From an uncultured Alphaproteobacteria bacterium (lineage in GTDB: Bacteria > Pseudomonadota > Alphaproteobacteria > Rhizobiales > Beijerinckiaceae): a DNA stretch of 64,000 bases. Below are positions 57,075 through 64,000 of the stretch, piece after piece. The stretch covers positions 2,459,557 to 2,523,556 of the forward strand of contig OY970391.1 of the NCBI GenBank assembly GCA_963720425.1, given 5' to 3'. The notes under the pieces are model-generated. The model was given only the letters and a program-made list of their open reading frames with translations, did not search any database and was not told where the DNA came from. Position numbers and translations under genes: made by a program. Positions within the stretch are counted from its first letter, which is position 1; every line of letters starts with the position of its first letter.

Positions 57075-57874
57075 GCGGCACGCATCCTTCCGCGGTGGTG
57101 GAGCCGGGTGCCCGTTTGGGACGGGGCGTCACAATCGGACCCTTCTGCCACGTCGGGCCTGATGTCGAGCTTGAGGATGGAGTCGAGCTCGTCTCTCACG
57201 TCGCGCTGGCCGGCCGCACCAAGATCGGCGCGAGGAGCCGCATCTTTCCCTTCGCCTCAATCGGTCATCAGCCGCAAGACCTCAAATATCGTGGCGAACC
57301 TTCGAGATTAGAGATCGGCGCGGATTGCTTGATCCGCGAGAGCGTGACCATCAATCCAGGCACCGAGGGCGGCGGCATGCTGACGAGGGTCGGCGATCGC
57401 TGCGCCATTCTCGCCAACGCGCATGTCGGTCATGATTGCCGAATCGGCAACGACGTTATTTTATCGAACAATGTGATGATTGCCGGGCATGTGACGATCG
57501 GCGACTTTGCGAGTCTCGGCGGCGGGGCGGCGGTGATCCAATTCACCCGGATCGGCGCGCATGCGTTCCTGGGCGGTTTGAGCGGCCTCGAACATGATCT
57601 CATTCCTTATGGGCTGGCGTTCGGCAACCGCGCTGCGCTCGCCGGCGTCAATCTCGTCGGCCTCAAGCGCCGCGGTTTTCCGCGCGAGACGATCAATGAT
57701 TTGCGCCGCGCCTATCGCCTGCTCTTCGCGCCGGAAGGCACGCTCGCCGAGCGGATCGCCGACGTGGCGCAACAATTTTCCGCTCAGCCGCAGGTTGACG
57801 AGATCCTCGCTTTCCTCAAAGAGGGCGGCGATCGCGCCATCTGCGTGCCGGCTCGCGACAGGGGAACGGGATGA
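57071..57874 (+). CDS. lpxA: acyl-ACP--UDP-N-acetylglucosamine O-acyltransferase LpxA
   Basis: Hexapeptide repeats; ATGA overlap with the fabZ stop; 267 aa. Confidence 0.95.
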   Translation: MSGTHPSAVVEPGARLGRGVTIGPFCHVGPDVELEDGVELVSHVALAGRTKIGARSRIFPFASIGHQPQDLKYRGEPSRLEIGADCLIRESVTINPGTEGGGMLTRVGDRCAILANAHVGHDCRIGNDVILSNNVMIAGHVTIGDFASLGGGAAVIQFTRIGAHAFLGGLSGLEHDLIPYGLAFGNRAALAGVNLVGLKRRGFPRETINDLRRAYRLLFAPEGTLAERIADVAQQFSAQPQVDEILAFLKEGGDRAICVPARDRGTG

Positions 57875-57895
57875 AGGGCGCGGCTTCTTGCCGGC

Positions 57896-58546
57896 TCACT
57901 GCAAGCTGGAGACAACCGCCCTCGGTTGACGAATGGCAACCCAGACGTTTGGGTTTTCCTGCGACTGACGCTTGAGGAAATGATAGCCGGTTGCGTCCCA
58001 GGGGCGGATCTCGTCCGTCAGATTGTCGAGCGTGAATTCGCCCTTGTTTGTCTTCACCGTAAGGATCGTATGACCTTCGCCGTTCAGATCGCGGACGATC
58101 GTCATGAGCAACGCTTGCCGCGGCAGCCCCACCTGCATCAGCAATTTGCGCTTATAGAGCGCGTAGATCTTGCAATCGCCCTTGCCGTCGGTCGGATAGT
58201 CCCAATGGTCAAGCATCGTGCCCCAATGCGCGAAGTTCGAAAGCGGCTCGATCGTATGGTTCACGTGCTTGTTGATCTTATCAAGGATCTGCCAAGTTTC
58301 GGAGGTAAGGTTCACGTCAACGGCCTCAAGGACCGGCTGGTTGCATTCCTGCGGTTGGCGGCCACAAAAATCGACCCAGCCATAAGGCACGGAGGTGTCG
58401 CCGCCGAGCGTCGCATAGCTCGCAAGCGGCAGTTGGGTACCGGCTGCCGCGGCGCTGCCCATCAAAGCCACCGTCACTACGGATGACGCGAGCATTGCGC
58501 GAAAGATCGTCCCCTGGCCCATAGAAAGCTTCCCGTGTCCCTGCAC
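57896..58546 (-). CDS. transglutaminase-like cysteine peptidase (BTLCP family), secreted
   Basis: YGWVDFCGRQPQEC, GKGDCKIYALYKRKLL, GEGHTILTV. Confidence 0.8.
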   Translation of the reverse strand: MQGHGKLSMGQGTIFRAMLASSVVTVALMGSAAAAGTQLPLASYATLGGDTSVPYGWVDFCGRQPQECNQPVLEAVDVNLTSETWQILDKINKHVNHTIEPLSNFAHWGTMLDHWDYPTDGKGDCKIYALYKRKLLMQVGLPRQALLMTIVRDLNGEGHTILTVKTNKGEFTLDNLTDEIRPWDATGYHFLKRQSQENPNVWVAIRQPRAVVSSLQ

Positions 58547-58647
58547 GGGACCTTCCCGCCGCCCCGCGCGTCAACGGGGGCGAATGTGCCTGAGGGCGTT
58601 TGTCGAGTTCGGAAGCCAAAAGCTAAACTTTTATCGATCTGGGCTTG

Positions 58648-58783
58648 ATGTGTTTGCGCGCATGATCTCGGTGAATCATGTGTTGCGCGTAACGGTTTCG
58701 GATGTGTCGCTCGGTGAATAATGCGTTGCGCGCATAGTTTAGGTGAATGATATGTTGACCGCGTCGATCTCGGTGAATGATGC
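58648..58783. repeat. four imperfect ~30-43-bp tandem units (ATGTGTTGCGCGCAT..TCTCGGTGAATNAT) upstream of lpxB
   Basis: Units begin near 58648, 58678, 58721 and 58751; each ends in GGTGAAT(C/A/G)AT. Confidence 0.5.
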
Positions 58784-59968
58784 ATGAATATGCGGGTATT
58801 TATGATAGCCGGCGAAGCTTCGGGCGATCAGCTCGGCGCCGGATTGATGCGAGGACTACGCCGACTGAGCCCCGACATCGAATTTCTCGGCATCGGCGGA
58901 ACGGCCATGCAGACCGAGGGTCTCGACAGCCTCATTCCGCTCGAGGATCTCGCGGTAATGGGCTTTCTGCCGGTCATCCGGCATTTGCCGCGCCTGCTCG
59001 CGCGCATGAACGAGGCGGTCGCCGCGGTGCTTGCTTCAAAGCCCGACGTGCTCGTCATCATCGACAGTCCGGATTTCACCCACCGTGTAGCGCGGCGGGT
59101 ACGCAAGGTCATGCCGGACTTGCCCATCGTCGATTATGTGAGCCCGACGGTCTGGGCCTGGCGCAGCGGACGCGCCGGAAAAATGCGCGCCTATGTCGAT
59201 CACGTGCTGGCCTTGCTGCCGTTCGAGCCTGCGGCGCATGGTCGCCTCGGTGGGCCGGCTTGCACCTATGTCGGTCATCCGCTGCTTGAAAGGATCGGCG
59301 ATCTCGTGCCTGATGCCGAAGACCTGCGCCGACGCGAGGTCAGGCCGCCCTTGATGCTCGTTCTGCCTGGATCGCGGCGAAGCGAGATCGAGCGGCTGAT
59401 GCCAGTCTTCGCCGCGACGCTGGAACGGCTCGCCGACAAGATCGGCGCCTTCGACGCCGTGCTGCCCGCCGTTCCCCATCTCGAAGCCGAGATCCGCAAG
59501 AGAGTCGAGACCTGGCGCCTGCACCCGCGTATCATCAGCACCGAGGCTGAGAAATTTGCCGCCTTCCGTGCGGCGCGCGCGGCGCTTGCGGCGTCCGGGA
59601 CTGTGACGCTCGAACTTGCGCTGGCGCGCGTGCCGATGGTCGTCGCCTATAAGCTATCCTGGGTCGAAGCCCAGGCGCGGCATTTCATCAGCGTTTCTTC
59701 GATCGTCTTGCCAAATCTCATTCTCGGCGAGAATGTCATCCCCGAGTTTTTGCAGGAGAGGTGCGAGCCCAACGCGCTCGCGGATGCGCTTGCGAAGCTC
59801 ATCGTAGGCGGCCTCGAGCGAGAGAGCCAAAGCCTCGGATTTCTGCGGCTCGGCGAAATGCTGCGGCTTCAACCCGGCGAAACGCCGAGCGCGCGCGCCG
59901 CCGACATCGTCCTCTCCGTCGCCGCAATGAAGGGTGAGGGGCGAAAGACAGGAAGTCGAGTGAGATGA
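58784..59968 (+). CDS. lpxB: lipid-A-disaccharide synthase LpxB
   Basis: VFMIAGEASGDQLGA.. N-terminus; 394 aa; conserved cluster position. Confidence 0.95.
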   Translation: MNMRVFMIAGEASGDQLGAGLMRGLRRLSPDIEFLGIGGTAMQTEGLDSLIPLEDLAVMGFLPVIRHLPRLLARMNEAVAAVLASKPDVLVIIDSPDFTHRVARRVRKVMPDLPIVDYVSPTVWAWRSGRAGKMRAYVDHVLALLPFEPAAHGRLGGPACTYVGHPLLERIGDLVPDAEDLRRREVRPPLMLVLPGSRRSEIERLMPVFAATLERLADKIGAFDAVLPAVPHLEAEIRKRVETWRLHPRIISTEAEKFAAFRAARAALAASGTVTLELALARVPMVVAYKLSWVEAQARHFISVSSIVLPNLILGENVIPEFLQERCEPNALADALAKLIVGGLERESQSLGFLRLGEMLRLQPGETPSARAADIVLSVAAMKGEGRKTGSRVR

Positions 59969-60933
59969 TCAAAGCCGTCCGCGTGCACGAGGTCGGTCCG
60001 CCGGAAGTTATGCGGATCGAAGAGATCGAATTGCCCGCGCCGAAGCCGGGCGAGGTTCTTGTCGGCAATCATGCCATCGGGCTGAATTATATCGACGTTT
60101 ATTTCCGCACCGGCACCTATCCTGCACCACTGCCTTTCATTCCCGGCAACGAAGCCGCCGGCAAAATCGTCGAAATCGGCAAAGGGGTGAAGGGCTTCAA
60201 AGTCGGCGACCGGGTCGCCTATGTGGCGAGCCTCGGCTGCTATGCGCAGGCGCGGATCGTCGATGCCGGGCGGCTCGTCGCCTTGCCGAAAGCCATTTCT
60301 TATGAGACCGGCGCGGCCATTCTGCTGAAAGGCCTCACCGCCCAATTTCTGCTACGCCGGACTTTCAAGGTGAAAAAGGGCGACAGGATTCTCGTTCACG
60401 CCGCGGCCGGCGGAGTCGGACTCATTCTTTGCCAATGGGGGAGCGCGCTCGGCGCGCATGTGATCGGCACCGTCGGCTCGCCGGAGAAAGCCAAACTCGC
60501 CAAGAAGGCCGGCGCCAAAGATCTCATCCTTTATCGCGAGGAGGATTTTGTCGCGCGCGTGAGAGAGATCACCAAAGGCGAGCTCTGCGACGCCGTTTAT
60601 GACGGTGTCGGGAAGGCAACCTTCCCCGCTTCGCTCGACTGCCTGCGCCCGCGCGGCATGTTCGTGAGCTTTGGTTCGGCCTCGGGGCCGATCGAGGCCT
60701 TCAACATCGGCATGCTTGCGCAGAAAGGCTCGCTCTTCGCGACGCGCCCGACGCTGAACACCTATGCCGCCAACTCCGAAGATCTGCGGAAAATGGCCCG
60801 CGATCTCTTCCGCGTGATTACGAACGGAACCGTGAAGATCCCGATCTCAACGCGTCCGCTTAGTGATGTCGTGGCGGCGCACCGCGCGCTCGAAGCGCGA
60901 GAGACGACGGGGGCAACCGTCCTGCTGCCGTGA
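59965..60933 (+). CDS. qor: NADPH:quinone oxidoreductase (zeta-crystallin/MDR family)
   Basis: MIKAVRVHEVGPPEVM..GLNYIDVYFRTGTYP..HAAAGGVG; ATGA overlap with lpxB. Confidence 0.85.
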   Translation: MIKAVRVHEVGPPEVMRIEEIELPAPKPGEVLVGNHAIGLNYIDVYFRTGTYPAPLPFIPGNEAAGKIVEIGKGVKGFKVGDRVAYVASLGCYAQARIVDAGRLVALPKAISYETGAAILLKGLTAQFLLRRTFKVKKGDRILVHAAAGGVGLILCQWGSALGAHVIGTVGSPEKAKLAKKAGAKDLILYREEDFVARVREITKGELCDAVYDGVGKATFPASLDCLRPRGMFVSFGSASGPIEAFNIGMLAQKGSLFATRPTLNTYAANSEDLRKMARDLFRVITNGTVKIPISTRPLSDVVAAHRALEARETTGATVLLP

Positions 60934-60995
60934 GCGGGAAAGAAATGGCCGGGATGAGCCCGGCCATTTCAAATGCGCCTAAGGAACCGCTTCTG

Positions 60996-61517
60996 TCACG
61001 TGCCGCCCTTCAGCTTCTTGTTGCATTCGCTGTAGTAGCCATCGCCTTTCTCGATCCACGTCAAGCCGCCATTCGAGTTCGTGGTCTTGTTGGTGTGATA
61101 TTGGTCGAGGCAGGTATGGAAGCGCTGTTTGGCCGGTGTTTCACTTGCGTATTTCGGCGAGACCGCGGTCGGGAAAACGATTGGTCCGGTTGGCACGGGC
61201 GCTGGCGCGGCGGTCTCCTCCTTCTTCTTGTGCTTTTCCCGCGCCGGCGCGGCGGGCGCCGCCTGCGTCGTGGTGGCCGGCGGTGGGGATGCGGGAGCGG
61301 CGGTGCTCGCCGGGGCCGCCCCCTTCAGCTCGGCAGCGCATTGCTTATAAAACTCGTTCCAAGTCTGACCGTTCAGCGAATTCGCTGCCTTCGCCGCCTG
61401 ATATTTCACGCTGCATTGCTTCTCGACGGATTCGGCCCGCGCCGGCGTCATTGCGAGCCCGGCAATCAAGGCCGTGCCGGCACATACCAATCCCGGCCGC
61501 CAAACAAAATCAAACAT
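60996..61517 (-). CDS. secreted protein with two Cys-containing repeats separated by a Pro/Ala-rich linker
   Basis: GGAGG RBS before ATG 61517; signal peptide ..AMTPARA; repeats QCSVKYQAAKAANSLNGQTWNEFYKQC and TCLDQYHTNKTTNSNGGLTWIEKGDGYYSEC. Confidence 0.6.
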   Translation of the reverse strand: MFDFVWRPGLVCAGTALIAGLAMTPARAESVEKQCSVKYQAAKAANSLNGQTWNEFYKQCAAELKGAAPASTAAPASPPPATTTQAAPAAPAREKHKKKEETAAPAPVPTGPIVFPTAVSPKYASETPAKQRFHTCLDQYHTNKTTNSNGGLTWIEKGDGYYSECNKKLKGGT

Positions 61518-61724
61518 GAAAACCCTCCTCGTCATCGGCGCATTGGCCGCCCCTCAGCGGTCATCCGCCACAGGCCGCCTCCCAGAGTGTGTTGGCTCGC
61601 CATTCATTCGCGCGGCCTTTGGGTCAGGATCTAAGCAGCGATCTGGCGCCCGGTCAATTGCGCGCCGACTCGATCTGAGCCGGGAAGCGTATAGATTGCT
61701 GCGCGAGGCCGATCTTGCGCATCG

Positions 61725-62594
61725 CTATTTGGCGTCGAGCCTGGCAATGAGGCTGGACGTGTCCCAGCGCGCGCCGCCCATGTTTTTCACCTCGGAATAG
61801 AATTGATCGACAAGCGCGGCGACCGGCAGGTTGGCACCGTTGCGACGCGCCTCGTCGAGGGAGATCGCAAGGTCCTTGCGCATCCAATCCACGGCGAAAC
61901 CGAAGTCGAATTTGCCTTCAATCATGGTTTTGTAGCGGTTGTCCATCTGCCAGGATTGGGCGGCGCCTTTGGAAATCACGTCAACGACGGCCTCGACGTC
62001 GAGACCGGCGCGTCGGGCGAAATGCAGTCCCTCGGCAAGGGCTTCGACAAGCCCGGCGATGCAGATCTGATTGACCATTTTGGTGAGCTGGCCGGCGCCT
62101 GCCGGCCCGATAAGCCGACACGCCCGCGCGTAAGCTTTTATGACGGGTTCAACCACCGCGTAATCTTCCGGATCGCCGCCGCACATGACGCTGAGCACGC
62201 CTTTTTCGGCGCCGGCCTGGCCGCCCGAGACTGGTGCATCGACGAAGCCGAACCCGCGGCTCTTGGCGATGGCATGGAGCTCACGCGCGATCACTGCCGA
62301 GGCGGTGGTATGATCGACGAAGACCGCGCCGCGCTCCATGCCGTTGAATGCTCCGTCTTGCGCCAGAGTCACCGCGCGCAGATCGGCATCGTTGCCGACG
62401 CAGGTGAAGACGATCTCTTGGCCCGCGGCAGCCGCGCGCGGCGTCTTCGCTAGGGTGCCGCCGAATTCGCCGACCCATGTCTCGGCCCTTGCTAGGGTCC
62501 GATTATAGACGGTGACGGCGTGGCCCTTGGCTTTGAGATGGCCGGCCATGGGATAGCCCATGACGCCGAGCCCGATGAATGCGACCTTGGTCAT
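61725..62594 (-). CDS. NAD(P)-dependent 3-hydroxyisobutyrate dehydrogenase-family oxidoreductase
   Basis: MTKVAFIGLGVMGYPMAGHL..; 289 aa from ATG 62594. Confidence 0.8.
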   Translation of the reverse strand: MTKVAFIGLGVMGYPMAGHLKAKGHAVTVYNRTLARAETWVGEFGGTLAKTPRAAAAGQEIVFTCVGNDADLRAVTLAQDGAFNGMERGAVFVDHTTASAVIARELHAIAKSRGFGFVDAPVSGGQAGAEKGVLSVMCGGDPEDYAVVEPVIKAYARACRLIGPAGAGQLTKMVNQICIAGLVEALAEGLHFARRAGLDVEAVVDVISKGAAQSWQMDNRYKTMIEGKFDFGFAVDWMRKDLAISLDEARRNGANLPVAALVDQFYSEVKNMGGARWDTSSLIARLDAK

Positions 62595-62703
62595 AGCGTC
62601 CTTCCACTGGAACAGGCAGCCGCCGCCGTGCTGCGCCCGAATGTTACAGGAGGCTAGACCGCGGACGGATGTAAAACGAGTTTGCTTGCGGCCGCCGCGT
62701 AGC

Positions 62704-63984
62704 TTACTGCAATGGCAAAGTATCCGCGGCCTTCGCACCTTCGCCGGAATGTCCGCCGTGGCGAATGCGGGAGATGGCGCGTTTCCAGCGGCGCAATGTT
62801 GCAAAGACCTGCGGCTTTTGCTTGATCGCTCGTTTGAGCCGCGAGCTGAGCGCATGATAGGCCGCGAAAAGTTGGCCTTTGACGCCAAAAGCCATCACGA
62901 CATCGAAGAGCGGTATGGATGTGTCGCAATAGGTCTCCTTGTAGCGCGCCTCGCCTATGCCGAGGTCGAAGCTCGCTAACCCCCTTTCGCACTGCCGGGC
63001 CAAGAGCTTCATGAGCAGGAGATCGCCGGGACCCGACTTGGCGATCTCCGGATCGGAATAGAAGGAATTGACCATGGCGCTGAAGCGCCTGCGATGCAAC
63101 GCGCCCGCATAGGTGGCGATGATGCGCCCGTTCAGCGTCAATCCATAGAATTCGAGCCAGGGCTTGCGGGCACCGACGGGGTGGCTCAGCCGATCGAAAA
63201 AGGCGCGCATGGCAGGACTGGAGAAATCGGCGTCGATCGTCTGCTCTTCAAAGCGGGCGATCTTCTCGGCGAAAAAAGTATCGAGGATTTTGCGCGCATC
63301 GCTTTCGCGCTCATTGTCGATCAGCGCGACCTGACCCATGGCCGAGAGCCTCGTCTCCTTCTTGCGCAGTTTTTTGCGCGTGTCCTTGGAGAGTTTGCTG
63401 GCGAAGAAGGCTTCCGCGTCATGTGTAAGCTCGGTCCCATAGGCAAAGCTCGGGCTCGATCGATGCGGCAGAAGGGCAAACGGATTTCGCGCCTTCTCCC
63501 ATTCGAAGGGTTGGTTCTTCAACAGAAACACATCCGGAGCCTCTGCCCCGAGCGCCTCGACTGCCTCGTGCAACAAAGCAACGAGATCGACCGCCGCAAA
63601 TCCGGCATTCGGCCGGATGAGACCAAAGTTGAAATTCGATTCCTTGCCGCCGAGAAAGACGGCGCTGCGAAAGATTCCATGCCGCTCGATGCCGAGGCAC
63701 AAGAGGGCGAGAACCTGTTCCCGTCGGTCCTTCGCGATGACGAACAGGGGCTCGATCTTGCGGGCAACGCCGAGGGTTTCGAGCCAAGGGAGAAGAAAGG
63801 CGCGGGTCTGATAGGCCGAGGCCGGCGCGATCGCCTCAAGCTCCGCCCAAGCGGCGAGCACGGGCCCAGCATCGCGGTGGATTTCGACCTTGGCGAAGGC
63901 GAGCGTCTGCCGCAGGTCCTGAGCCGCGCGCGCCGCCGACGGATAGTCCATGACTGTCATGCCGCCATCCTGGATCGAGGCCAC
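62704..63984 (-). CDS. GNAT-fold acyltransferase, CelD/BioF2-like
   Basis: 426-aa ORF; the C-terminal half (LEFYGLTLNGRIIATYAGALHRRRFSAMVNSF..DLGIGEARYK) resembles the FemAB/CelD-type GNAT family. Confidence 0.6.
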   Translation of the reverse strand: MASIQDGGMTVMDYPSAARAAQDLRQTLAFAKVEIHRDAGPVLAAWAELEAIAPASAYQTRAFLLPWLETLGVARKIEPLFVIAKDRREQVLALLCLGIERHGIFRSAVFLGGKESNFNFGLIRPNAGFAAVDLVALLHEAVEALGAEAPDVFLLKNQPFEWEKARNPFALLPHRSSPSFAYGTELTHDAEAFFASKLSKDTRKKLRKKETRLSAMGQVALIDNERESDARKILDTFFAEKIARFEEQTIDADFSSPAMRAFFDRLSHPVGARKPWLEFYGLTLNGRIIATYAGALHRRRFSAMVNSFYSDPEIAKSGPGDLLLMKLLARQCERGLASFDLGIGEARYKETYCDTSIPLFDVVMAFGVKGQLFAAYHALSSRLKRAIKQKPQVFATLRRWKRAISRIRHGGHSGEGAKAADTLPLQ

Positions 63985-64000
63985 CCCCGGAAGATCTAGC

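Noticed and set aside
60930-61634. 234-aa plus-strand Arg/Gly-rich ORF
   Set aside because: It is antisense to the secreted repeat protein (60996-61517), which has a strong RBS, a signal peptide and internal repeats. The plus-strand product is low-complexity.

Overview
GC-rich alphaproteobacterial (Rhizobiales-like) chromosome segment. All calls come from reading the sequence and ORF track by eye, with no database searches. The conserved lipid-A/fatty-acid cluster lpxD | fabZ-lpxA-lpxB-qor is split by a ~56.2-kb genomic island (about 396-56574). The island is bounded by a 14-bp perfect (16/17) direct repeat containing the lpxD-stop/fabZ-start overlap. A P4-type tyrosine integrase, an AlpA-like gene and a replication-like gene sit at its left end. 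Island content, left to right: (1) a low-GC nuclease islet (PD-(D/E)XK, GIY-YIG, broken HNH-HIT fusion) and restriction-like debris. (2) A junkyard of Sel1, BA14K, SRPBCC and Hsp20 fragments and copies of a small Zn-ribbon ORF family. (3) A large stress/low-oxygen type module carrying at least three perfect TTGA-N6-TCAA boxes. It holds STAS paralogs, a Crp/Fnr regulator, phasins, SPFH, phaB-phaA-phaC, fabI, DUF3141, MaoC-Pta, ackA, an H+-type P-ATPase with a repetitive Pro/Glu/Ala/Lys tail, PPK2, a PhaZ/PhaC-like hydrolase, ClC and BON, with several segments duplicated and decayed. (4) Relics of a second integrase, then a treT-galT-like pair. (5) A 7.3-kb segment bracketed by ~340-bp direct repeats that carries a TPR-Ser/Thr kinase next to a TIR-STAND NTPase-TM-WD40 gene. 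This pair is the best candidate for an uncharacterised conflict/defence system, although the second gene is frameshifted and its propeller truncated. Many island genes carry 1-2 nt frameshifts, whereas the flanking core genes are intact.
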